A DNA stretch of 62,421 bases from an uncultured Gammaproteobacteria bacterium (GTDB lineage: Bacteria > Patescibacteriota > Patescibacteriia > UBA9570 > JBBTWU01), in the NCBI GenBank assembly GCA_964364425.1, contig CAYIMB010000001.1:72941-135361 (forward strand), given 5' to 3'. Below the pieces are notes generated by a model, which worked only from the letters and a program-made list of their open reading frames with translations, was not told the origin of the DNA and did no database searches. The translations under genes and the position numbers were made by a program. The first letter of the stretch is position 1. Every line of letters starts with the position of its first letter. Below, one piece after another: positions 54,069 through 61,415 of this stretch.

Positions 54069-55174
54069 ATAGGGATTCCAATCTGCTCAGCCAATAACCG
54101 AACGTTTGTTTCCCAATTGAACTGACTCAGAACCCGCTGTTTTCCCTGCAGGCCCATTTTTTCCGCTAATTCAGGGTGTTCTAATAAGGATAGGATGGCT
54201 TTGAGTAACATAGGCAAGCTGTTTGGTTCAACCAAATATCCATTCAAACCGTCAACTATGGCGTCAGGAACTCCTCCGCTTTTTCCACCAACGACCGGTT
54301 TACCAAAGGCATTGGCTTCTAAAAATACAATTCCAAAGCCCTCCACATCACCTCCCGGCTCTTCCCGAGTCGGTAAGACAAAACAATACGCGCGGGCAAA
54401 TAGTTGTTTGAGTTGTTCGTCAGATACGGCGCCAGTAAAAATAATGGAAGTCTGTTGGCCTGAGACACTGGCTAAGTGTTCTAGTCTTGTTCTATCCGGT
54501 CCGTCGCCGGCAATTACCAGCTTGAGTGGTTTATCAAACTTTTTTTTCACTTCCGGCCATACCTGAATGACTTGATCAATCCCTTTTCTACGCACTAATC
54601 TGGCGGCACACAGTACCACGGTGTCCCGGGGTTCAATACCTAATGAACCAAGCCAAGTATAATCAATCTGCATGTCTAGGGAAGGCTGAATATGAGGTCC
54701 CAGTGGTAAAATGGTCACTTTTTTTGGGCTAACACCAAGCTGTTCAACCAAATTTGCGGTATACCTGCTGTTAGCAATAACTGACTGAGCTGAACTGAGG
54801 ACCCATTTGAGCAGGACTTTTTTCCGCCAAGTGTGTTGCGGGCCCAGCACATCCAACCCATGAACCATGATATGCACAGGAATATGGGTGAATTGACGGA
54901 CCACCAAAGCAGCTGTGCCTAAAGGAAGCACCTGAGCCACAATAATACCCTTGGCCTGTGTTTTCAGAGTCAGTTGATATAAGGTTTTGACGGCTTTGAT
55001 CCAGCGCGGCCAAATGATTTTGGAGAGCAACGCATGGCCTTGGTTGGTTACCACTTGCAGTGAGTTATCAGGTAGGGCTTTGACCACCTGGGCACAAAAA
55101 CTGGCAACTCCTCCAACTTGAGGTGGGTATTCCAATGTGGCTAGCAAAAAAGGATGTGACTTTACTTCTTCCAT
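54065..55174 (-). CDS. family-4 glycosyltransferase
   Basis: ATG 55174 (MEEVKSHPFLLATLEYPPQVGGVASF) and EGFGIVFLEANAFGKPVVGG. The track start at 55366 lies inside the flippase gene. Confidence 0.85.
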   Translation of the reverse strand: MEEVKSHPFLLATLEYPPQVGGVASFCAQVVKALPDNSLQVVTNQGHALLSKIIWPRWIKAVKTLYQLTLKTQAKGIIVAQVLPLGTAALVVRQFTHIPVHIMVHGLDVLGPQHTWRKKVLLKWVLSSAQSVIANSRYTANLVEQLGVSPKKVTILPLGPHIQPSLDMQIDYTWLGSLGIEPRDTVVLCAARLVRRKGIDQVIQVWPEVKKKFDKPLKLVIAGDGPDRTRLEHLASVSGQQTSIIFTGAVSDEQLKQLFARAYCFVLPTREEPGGDVEGFGIVFLEANAFGKPVVGGKSGGVPDAIVDGLNGYLVEPNSLPMLLKAILSLLEHPELAEKMGLQGKQRVLSQFNWETNVRLLAEQIGIPI

Positions 55175-56613
55175 ACCCGTTTCAGGATAGGTTGCAAATC
55201 TTGGGCTGAAATCACTCCAACCAAGCGGAGTAGAATAAGATACGTTACAGCGGAAATAGCCACTAAGATATACCATTTCACTACACTTTCTAGGCCAACC
55301 AACAAACCGCCCATGGCTGCCGCCGCTGCTGCAATGCCAAAGAGCTGTTTGAAAATTGACCTCCAAGAGAAGTGAGTCAATTTTTTTACGTGCGGAAGTC
55401 CTAACAAGACCAACACCAAGCTGGAGATCAGAGCGGAACTGGCTGCCCCAATAAAGGTGTATTTAGGAATCAACAACAGGTTGCAGGCAATATTGACGAC
55501 CAAAGCAATAGCCATGTTGGAGGTGTTGAGTGTTTGCTTGTTGGCCGCATTTAATAAATTTCCCACTGGGTAATTCCAGAAGGTAAAAATGAGGGCTACC
55601 CCAAGAATTTTTAATGGGTTGACTGAAGCTTCCCAAGCTTGACCGTAGACTGAAAAAATAATTTCATCACTCAGGAAAAAAATACCAACCGCAATGGGTA
55701 ATGACAAGGCCATCATGTACATAGTGCCTTTTTCAAATAGGGATCCCAGTTTCGTTTTTTCTGATTCAAAGGTGGCAGCAGCGACCGGAAAGAAACTACT
55801 GGCAAAGGAACCAGGCAGCACCGTTAAGGCAAAGCTGAGTTTGTAGGCCAGGCTGTACCAACCAACAAATCGGTCTTCTGACAGGATTTTGAGTAAAATA
55901 GTATCCACTGAACCAGAGAGTTTGAAGAAAATTCCGGCTAGGGCAAAGGGAATGCTCAGACGTAATAGATGTTTAAATTGTACCCGGTCAAAAATAGGTC
56001 TGAAAGAAATATGAGTTTTTCTTTTGAGTAAAATAGCTACAAAGATCATGTTGCTGAGACTGCCGGCAATTAAAGCTCCAACCAGGAAAGGAGTTGGATA
56101 GTGTTGGGTGATAAAGAAAATTCCAAATCCAAAGATAATCAGCTGGTACATGACAACGGCAATGGACTCTACGGCTAGGTTACGGAATGCCCTAAAGGTT
56201 GAGAATAAGGAAAAAGTGAGTGTGTCAAAGATGATGACTATTCCGGCTAAGCCAATGAGGAGTAAGTCCGTGGAATCAATGTTCTTGAATTGAGTGAGGC
56301 CAAAAGCAGATACCCCAGCCATAGCCACTAAGGAAATACAAATCAATACAATCTTTAATCCAAGAGTATGTCTAAAGTTTTGCTCTACCTCATGTTCATG
56401 CCTGGCCCCCTCTCTGGTTAATACTGGCCCCAAGCCAAAATCCATGAAAATGACAAAGATAGAAGCAAATTGTAGGGCAAAGTTGTATTTACCGGTGGCT
56501 GCCGGACCTATCCCGGTAGCTAGATATGAGTAGTATACAAAAGCAATCACCTTCTGGAGGGCTGAAGCCAAGGTCAAGAAAAGCGTATTCTGTGCAAGTG
56601 ATTTGGCTTTCAT
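55162..56613 (-). CDS. polysaccharide flippase (Wzx / MOP superfamily)
   Basis: About 483 aa from ATG 56613 (MKAKSLAQNTLFLTLASALQKVIAFVY), with about 12-14 TMs. The track opens at TTG 56619. Confidence 0.8.
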   Translation of the reverse strand: MKAKSLAQNTLFLTLASALQKVIAFVYYSYLATGIGPAATGKYNFALQFASIFVIFMDFGLGPVLTREGARHEHEVEQNFRHTLGLKIVLICISLVAMAGVSAFGLTQFKNIDSTDLLLIGLAGIVIIFDTLTFSLFSTFRAFRNLAVESIAVVMYQLIIFGFGIFFITQHYPTPFLVGALIAGSLSNMIFVAILLKRKTHISFRPIFDRVQFKHLLRLSIPFALAGIFFKLSGSVDTILLKILSEDRFVGWYSLAYKLSFALTVLPGSFASSFFPVAAATFESEKTKLGSLFEKGTMYMMALSLPIAVGIFFLSDEIIFSVYGQAWEASVNPLKILGVALIFTFWNYPVGNLLNAANKQTLNTSNMAIALVVNIACNLLLIPKYTFIGAASSALISSLVLVLLGLPHVKKLTHFSWRSIFKQLFGIAAAAAAMGGLLVGLESVVKWYILVAISAVTYLILLRLVGVISAQDLQPILKRVWKK

Positions 56614-56619
56614 AGGCAA

Positions 56620-56644
56620 CGACCCCGCTTAGGTTGCGGGGTCG
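56620..56644 (-). terminator. perfect 9-bp GC-rich stem-loop between rpsI and the flippase gene (no clear U-tract)
   Basis: CGACCCCGC-ttaggtt-GCGGGGTCG, read directly from the sequence. May be an attenuator or mRNA-stability hairpin rather than a full terminator. Confidence 0.4.
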
Positions 56645-56653
56645 AGGTGAACG

Positions 56654-57082
56654 TTAACGTTTGGACCACTGTGGAGCTCGGCGGGCCCGGCGTAAACCTG
56701 GTTTCTTGCGTTCTTTCTTTCTGGGATCACGAGTCAACAAACCAGCTTTTTTTAAATTAGTTTTTGCTTCTGGCTGCAACTGGAGAATAATCCGGGCCAT
56801 CCCGTGTCTCACAGCTTCTGCCTGTGAGTGTTTTCCGCTGCCTACTACTTTGATTGAGAAATCCCCGGGCATTGGTTCAATCACATAGGATAATGCTTGA
56901 GTCACAATCATCATGACTGAAGCTGGAAAGTATTCCTTAGCCTCTTTTCCGTTGACAATGATCTTTCCTTCGCCCTTCTTGTAATACCGGACCCGGGCAT
57001 TGGCTGTTTTTCTGCGTCCCACGGCATACTCAAAAGTCCCTTTGGGTGAGATAGCTGAAGTTGTCGCTTGAAGTGTACTCAT
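56654..57082 (-). CDS. rpsI: 30S ribosomal protein S9
   Basis: 142 aa with GRRKTANARVRYY and a C-terminal ...RRAPQWSKR. Confidence 0.96.
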   Translation of the reverse strand: MSTLQATTSAISPKGTFEYAVGRRKTANARVRYYKKGEGKIIVNGKEAKEYFPASVMMIVTQALSYVIEPMPGDFSIKVVGSGKHSQAEAVRHGMARIILQLQPEAKTNLKKAGLLTRDPRKKERKKPGLRRARRAPQWSKR

Positions 57083-57438
57083 GGATGTATAGTCAAACGT
57101 TTCATCATCTTAGCTTGGAGTCGGTTTTTTGGCAGCATGTGTTCAATAGCTGTTTGTAAAATAAACTCAGGTTTCTTTTCCATCATTTCTTCAGCCGATA
57201 CGGATTTCAAACTTCCCAAATATCCAGAGTGTCTGATGTACATTTTTTGCTTCATCTTTTTTCCCGTGAACACCACTAATTTAGCGTTATTAATCTCCAC
57301 TGTGTCCATGTTCTCTTTGTGCGGCTCAAATGAAGGTTTATGTTTTCCCCGCAACAATATAGCTGCTTGAGTAGCCACTCGCCCGACTGGTTTGCCAGCC
57401 GCATCAATCACATGGTGTTGTGCAATTTCCATTTTCAT
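57079..57438 (-). CDS. rplM: 50S ribosomal protein L13
   Basis: ATG 57438 gives MKMEIAQHHVIDAAGKPVGRVATQAAILLRGKHKPSFEPH. ATGA overlap with rpsI. Confidence 0.95.
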   Translation of the reverse strand: MKMEIAQHHVIDAAGKPVGRVATQAAILLRGKHKPSFEPHKENMDTVEINNAKLVVFTGKKMKQKMYIRHSGYLGSLKSVSAEEMMEKKPEFILQTAIEHMLPKNRLQAKMMKRLTIHP

Positions 57439-57439
57439 A

Positions 57440-57790
57440 TTATACAAATTCAATCAAGGCCTGAGGAGAACCGTCGCCAACACGTTGAGGCAACTTCACA
57501 ATTCTGGTGTAGCCTCCGGGCCGAGTCGCATATTTGGGCCCTATTTCTGTAACGATTTTCTTCACCCCAGAGTCATTTTGTAAGCGTTGCATCAAATATC
57601 TGCGGTTAGTTACCGTATCCGTTTTTCCGTGAGTGATCATTCGTTCAACTACTGGCTTCATGGCCTTTGCCTTGGCCAGCGTGGTGACAATATGTCCTTG
57701 GTACACCAAAGATAAAATTAAAGCCCTGAGCAAGGCATTTCTTGCTGCTGGTTTCCTATCTAAGGTTGTTTTATTTTTACGGTGTCTCAT
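57440..57790 (-). CDS. rplQ: 50S ribosomal protein L17
   Basis: 116 aa with MRHRKNKTTLDRKPAARNALLRAL. Confidence 0.96.
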   Translation of the reverse strand: MRHRKNKTTLDRKPAARNALLRALILSLVYQGHIVTTLAKAKAMKPVVERMITHGKTDTVTNRRYLMQRLQNDSGVKKIVTEIGPKYATRPGGYTRIVKLPQRVGDGSPQALIEFV

Positions 57791-57795
57791 GGAAT

Positions 57796-58569
57796 TTATG
57801 CTACTGGTTCACTTTCAGGAGCTTCTACTTCCCCTTCCATTTTTTCTTCTTTTTCTTCCCCGGTCTCCTCTGGTTTAGAGCCGTTCAATCCATCCATGAC
57901 ACCAGAGAATTGGTCCATCAAAATTTCCGTTGCTTGTTTAGCAGCTTCTTCTGGAGTGATAGTGCCGTCAGTCAAGATATCTAGGATGAGTTTGTCAAAG
58001 TTGGTCATTTGACCTACACGCACATGTTCAATCTTGAAGTTGACATTACGAATTGGGGTGTAGATAGAGTCAACGGCAATATATCCCACTTCCAGCTTTT
58101 CTTTCTCGCGTGTTTCTACTGGAACATAGCCTCGTCCGGTGCCTACACGTAATTTCATCTCAAAGTCAGCAGATTTATCAGTCAGTTCGGCAATCACCAG
58201 ACTAGGGTTCATCACTTCAACTTGTGTGTTTTTATCAAAGTCAGCTCCAGTCACCATTTTTTCTCCTTTCACTTTTAGGGTGATTTCCTGTGGTTCATCG
58301 GAATGAACCATGAAACGCAAACCTTTCAAATTTAAGATGATTTCCACCACATCTTGTTTGACGTGAGGGATAGTTGAGAATTCGTGATCAACGCCCTTGA
58401 TCTTCACGGCAGTGGCAGCGGCCCCAGGTAAAGAAGACAACAACACCCTTCTTAAGGCATTGCCAAGAGTGGTTCCGTACCCTGGGTAGCAGGGAGAGAT
58501 CACGATCCGAGAATGGTGCTCGCCAATTGACTCGGAAACAATCGAACTTGGTTTTGGTAATGATTCCAT
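57796..58569 (-). CDS. rpoA: DNA-directed RNA polymerase alpha subunit, N-terminal domain only
   Basis: 257 aa. The alpha-NTD is present (PGYGTTLGNALRRVLLSSLPGAA...VDSIYTPIRNVNF...QMTNFDKLILDI). It ends in an acidic tail (PEETGEEKEEKMEGEVEAPESEPVA) with no CTD. Confidence 0.93.
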   Translation of the reverse strand: MESLPKPSSIVSESIGEHHSRIVISPCYPGYGTTLGNALRRVLLSSLPGAAATAVKIKGVDHEFSTIPHVKQDVVEIILNLKGLRFMVHSDEPQEITLKVKGEKMVTGADFDKNTQVEVMNPSLVIAELTDKSADFEMKLRVGTGRGYVPVETREKEKLEVGYIAVDSIYTPIRNVNFKIEHVRVGQMTNFDKLILDILTDGTITPEEAAKQATEILMDQFSGVMDGLNGSKPEETGEEKEEKMEGEVEAPESEPVA

Positions 58570-58583
58570 AAGTGTTGTGTTGA

Positions 58584-59219
58584 TTAGCGCGAATAGAATT
58601 CAACGATCAAGGTCATATTAATTGGAGACTGGATTATTTCCATACTTGGGAGTTGGGTTACGGTGATCTGGTACCCTTTACGGTCCACTTGCAACCAAGA
58701 AGGAATTTCTCCTCGTTGTTGATCTGTGATCTTCAGCAAGTTTTCCCAGTAGGCTTCACCCTTTTTGTTCTGTTTGACAGTGATCACATCCCCTGCTTTG
58801 GTTTGGAATGAGGCAATGTTGACCGGGGTGCCGTTGACTAAGAAATGGCCGTGGCTGACTAATTGCCGAGCCAGGTCGCGAGAGGAACCAAATCCAGCGC
58901 GATACACAACGTTATCTAAACGAGATTCAATCATACGCAACATCAATTCACCGGTATTACCTGGTTTCTTGATAGCTGTTTCGTAATAATTGCGGAATTG
59001 GGTCTCAAGTAGACGGTACGTCCGTTTGGCTTTCTGTTTTTCGCGTAATTGAGTTCCGAATTCAGTTAAGCGAGGTTTACCTTTTACCCCGTGTACACCT
59101 GGGGCATAGTTCCGTTTCACAATGGCACACTTTGAGGTGTAGCAACGTTCCCCTTTGAGGTAGAGCTTCTCACCTTCCCGGCGGCACTGACGACATTTTG
59201 GTTCTAAAATTCTTGCCAT
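58584..59219 (-). CDS. rpsD: 30S ribosomal protein S4
   Basis: 211 aa with MARILEPKCRQCRREGEKLYLKGERCYTSKC and an S4 domain. Confidence 0.96.
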   Translation of the reverse strand: MARILEPKCRQCRREGEKLYLKGERCYTSKCAIVKRNYAPGVHGVKGKPRLTEFGTQLREKQKAKRTYRLLETQFRNYYETAIKKPGNTGELMLRMIESRLDNVVYRAGFGSSRDLARQLVSHGHFLVNGTPVNIASFQTKAGDVITVKQNKKGEAYWENLLKITDQQRGEIPSWLQVDRKGYQITVTQLPSMEIIQSPINMTLIVEFYSR

Positions 59220-59222
59220 ATA

Positions 59223-59675
59223 TTATACACGTCGTGGTTTCTTGGCCCGGGGTCCATTATGCGGAATAGGGGTAATATCTCGGATGGTCGTCATATTAAA
59301 GCCTTGAGCGTTCAAGGCACGGACTGCGCCTTCACGGCCGCTGCCAATTCCCTTGATAAACACCTCAACTTCTTTTAGGCCCATATCCCTGACTTTCTCT
59401 GCTACGGTTTTCACAATCACTCCAGCCGCATAAGGGGTTGATTTCTTTGGACCTTTAAACCCGCAAGCTCCGGCTGAAGACTGAGCTAAAGCGTTTCCGT
59501 GGCTGTCCGTGAAGGTCACAATGGTGTTGTTGTAGGTCGCCTGAACATACACCCGACCCTTAGATACTTGTTTCTTTTTACGTTTCTTCTTTTTTGCAGC
59601 CACTGCCCCAGTTTCTTCCGTTCCTGTGTCGGCAGTTTCCTTTGGGGCGAGGTCAGTTGTTTTGATATCTTCCAT
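59223..59675 (-). CDS. rpsK: 30S ribosomal protein S11 (with a ~20-aa acidic/Lys-rich N-terminal extension)
   Basis: 150 aa with GRVYVQATYNNTIVTFTD...GFKGPKKSTPYAA. Confidence 0.95.
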   Translation of the reverse strand: MEDIKTTDLAPKETADTGTEETGAVAAKKKKRKKKQVSKGRVYVQATYNNTIVTFTDSHGNALAQSSAGACGFKGPKKSTPYAAGVIVKTVAEKVRDMGLKEVEVFIKGIGSGREGAVRALNAQGFNMTTIRDITPIPHNGPRAKKPRRV

Positions 59676-59678
59676 AGT

Positions 59679-60071
59679 TTATGTCTTTTGAGCAGAAATT
59701 TTACGACCAGACCCCATGGTTTTGCGCACGTTCCCACGCACCGTTCTGGTATTAGTTTTGGTTCGTTGGCCACGCACTGGTAAATGACGGGCATGTCTAT
59801 TGCCCCGGTATGAACCAATTTCCTTCAAGCGTTTGATGTTGCCTAAAATTTCGCGTTTTAATTCACCTTCAATACGGTAACCACCCTTTTCAATTTCATT
59901 TCTGAGTTCTTGGACTTGTGCGTCCGTTAAATCTTTGGTGCGGGTGTCTACGTTGATTCCTGTTTTCTTTAAAATATTTTTGCTCAAGGTTGGGCCAACA
60001 CCGTAAATAGAGGTGAGCGCCACCTCAATTCGTTTTTCATTTGGTAAATTAACTCCAGCTATACGTGCCAT
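59679..60071 (-). CDS. rpsM: 30S ribosomal protein S13
   Basis: 130 aa with [26 protein letters not shown]. Confidence 0.96.
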   Translation of the reverse strand: MARIAGVNLPNEKRIEVALTSIYGVGPTLSKNILKKTGINVDTRTKDLTDAQVQELRNEIEKGGYRIEGELKREILGNIKRLKEIGSYRGNRHARHLPVRGQRTKTNTRTVRGNVRKTMGSGRKISAQKT

Positions 60072-60074
60072 AAA

Positions 60075-60188
60075 TTATCCTTGTCGTTGTTTATGTCGTG
60101 GATTTTTACAAATGACCATCACGCGGCGGTTTCTTCGCAGCGTCTTGCAGTCGGCACACATTTTTTTGACTGAGGCTCTTACTTTCAT
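60075..60188 (-). CDS. rpmJ: 50S ribosomal protein L36
   Basis: Below the ORF-track size cutoff. My translation is [37 protein letters not shown] (37 aa). Confidence 0.9.
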   Translation of the reverse strand: MKVRASVKKMCADCKTLRRNRRVMVICKNPRHKQRQG

Positions 60189-60203
60189 GTAAATCGATTT
60201 ACA
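60188..60203. repeat. perfect 16-bp palindrome TGTAAATCGATTTACA spanning the infA stop codon and the rpmJ start codon
   Basis: Read directly from the sequence. The minus strand reads CTG-TAA-ATCGATTTAC-ATG. Confidence 0.8.
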
Positions 60204-60483
60204 GGCGGAATGTAATGCGTCCTTTGGTTAGATCATACGGAGTCATTTCAACCGTCACCCGGTCTCCAGCTAAGATGCGAATTTTGTTCATCCGCATTTT
60301 GCCTGAGAGATGGGCCAGTATAATCTGGCCGCTATCTAACTTCACCCGAAATGTTCCGGCGGGCAAACATTCCTCAACCACTCCGTTGACGGCTATGAAG
60401 CCTTTCTTACTGACAGAAATTTCCCCAGTCTTGGGGGCGTTTCTGGGTATAAATGGAGTGTGTGGTTTAGTCTGATGAGCCAT
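60199..60483 (-). CDS. infA: translation initiation factor IF-1 (with a ~20-aa N-terminal extension)
   Basis: 94 aa. [63 protein letters not shown] aligns with the canonical S1-fold IF-1. Confidence 0.93.
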   Translation of the reverse strand: MAHQTKPHTPFIPRNAPKTGEISVSKKGFIAVNGVVEECLPAGTFRVKLDSGQIILAHLSGKMRMNKIRILAGDRVTVEMTPYDLTKGRITFRL

Positions 60484-60604
60484 GAATACACTTAAAAACC
60501 CTCCATCCCCTTTTGATTACAGAGGATAGTTGAGAATTGTGCACCGGAGTGGGCGGTATTTCGTGACAAATTCTTGGGTTTCTGCTATTTGTAAATGCTG
60601 GCGA

Positions 60605-60633
60605 AGAATAACAGGAGCTTATCTACGTGTCAA
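60605..60633 (-). promoter_or_regulatory. sigma70-type promoter for the infA-rpmJ-rpsM... operon, with a ~110-nt leader
   Basis: Minus strand reads TTGACA(60633-60628)-17 nt-TATTCT(60610-60605). Confidence 0.5.
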
Positions 60634-60635
60634 GT

Positions 60636-60661
60636 TGTAATGAAACGGCTGTAATGAAACG
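60636..60661. repeat. two tandem 12-nt direct repeats (TGTAATGAAACG, period 14) abutting the -35 element
   Basis: Units at 60636-60647 and 60650-60661 are identical. On the minus strand: CGTTTCATTACA-gc-CGTTTCATTACA-ac-TTGACA. Confidence 0.8.
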
Positions 60662-60662
60662 A

Positions 60663-60696
60663 CCTGGCAGAGGATCTCAGTGGAGATCATACCAGG
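60663..60696 (-). terminator. stem-loop downstream of the Nudix-like gene
   Basis: Outer stem CCTGG/CCAGG and inner stem GATCTC-agtg-GAGATC. On the minus strand it is followed by TCGTTTCATT. Confidence 0.4.
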
Positions 60697-60754
60697 CTGT
60701 TCCAAGGGGCAATGTTGGGCTACAGGCGGTGGCTGTGGCTGACGAGCCAGTCTT

Positions 60755-61318
60755 TCATGTTCTCTCACGGTGGAAGGCTTCCAGAGCGGTCGGGATGACC
60801 TTGGTGCGGTGTTGTTCCAATATGGGTTCCGGCAAGTCCATGACCGAGTACCACCGAGTCCCCGGGCCGGCCTCCGCGTCCACCAGGAATATCAGTGCCA
60901 CGAAGTGCCCCCGCTCTTCCGTGAGGTGGTTGTTGTGCCCCACCAGGCGGGGGTTGCGGATGTCCGTCATGGCCTCCGTGCGCTGCAGCCGGGCGAACAG
61001 GTCGGCGTCGCTCTCCCCGGGCCGGTAGACTGAACCCGGGCAGTGGAACTGGCCGGGGTAGGTTTCCTGGGGGCCGCGCTGACGCAGCAGGACTTCCGGG
61101 CCAGTCTCCGTCTGCCGGAAGCAACAGGCCTCCACCGCCGTGGTCACCGTCAGGCGGGCCAGGGCGTTGAACAGCTTGGTGCCGTAGGTCCCCTGTGGGA
61201 TGATGTTGAGCAGCTCCGCAACCAGGAACTTGACCTGTTCACGGTCCGGGTCAGGAGACTCAATTCCGAGCCTGCGCAGGGCCTGTCCGACCCTTTCAAG
61301 TGTTCCATTCAGACTCAT
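60755..61318 (-). CDS. orphan Nudix-fold-like protein with a degenerate Nudix box and a ~55-aa N-terminal helical extension
   Basis: 187 aa, the longest ORF in the island. GGAGG lies 8 nt upstream of the ATG. ...EACCFRQTETGPEVLLRQRG...YPGQFHCPGSVYRPGESDADLFARLQRTEAMT...GHFVALIFLV...WYSVMDLP fits the Nudix beta-grasp layout, but REUxEE is replaced by RLQRTE. Confidence 0.6.
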   Translation of the reverse strand: MSLNGTLERVGQALRRLGIESPDPDREQVKFLVAELLNIIPQGTYGTKLFNALARLTVTTAVEACCFRQTETGPEVLLRQRGPQETYPGQFHCPGSVYRPGESDADLFARLQRTEAMTDIRNPRLVGHNNHLTEERGHFVALIFLVDAEAGPGTRWYSVMDLPEPILEQHRTKVIPTALEAFHRERT

Positions 61319-61392
61319 GATCTCTCCCTCCTAGGAGTGGGCCAAGGTAAACACTAAAACAGCGCAAAGTCAATGCCATACGCTATTTTGGC

Positions 61393-61408
61393 AGCAAATC
61401 GATTTGAT
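61393..61408. repeat. palindromic-motif copy (12-bp perfect palindrome CAAATCGATTTG at 61395-61406)
   Basis: AGCAAATCGATTTGAT lies 8-23 nt downstream of the alaS stop. On the minus strand it sits immediately 3' of a TATAAT hexamer (61412-61407). Confidence 0.6.
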
Positions 61409-61415
61409 TATAGCC

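Larger units (their letters stand above)
60661..61345. other. GC-rich compositional island (probable horizontally acquired cassette)
   Basis: Hand-counted GC per 60-nt line is 55-73% inside the block versus 35-48% in the flanking lines. Confidence 0.65.

Noticed and set aside
60393-60491. Out-of-frame 32-codon ORF (GTG 60491) overlapping the infA 5' extension. The only GGAGG in the leader is 8 nt from this GTG but 16 nt from the infA ATG
   Set aside because: The peptide ([32 protein letters not shown]) has no recognisable features. Many genes here lack an SD anyway, and the in-frame ATG gives a complete IF-1. I kept it only as a caveat on the infA start.
60636-60661. Tandem 12-nt repeats considered as retron msr/msd-like or plasmid iteron-like elements
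   Set aside because: There is no reverse transcriptase, Rep protein or flanking inverted a1/a2 repeats nearby. Only two units are present, and their position abutting a -35 fits a regulatory site or insertion scar better.
60627-61357. Four additional overlapping ORFs (133, 119, 87 and 104 aa) in the GC-rich island
   Set aside because: High-GC DNA keeps many frames open. These are Arg/Gly/Pro-rich and lack an RBS. Only the 187-aa minus-strand frame has a GGAGG at proper spacing and a fold-like sequence.
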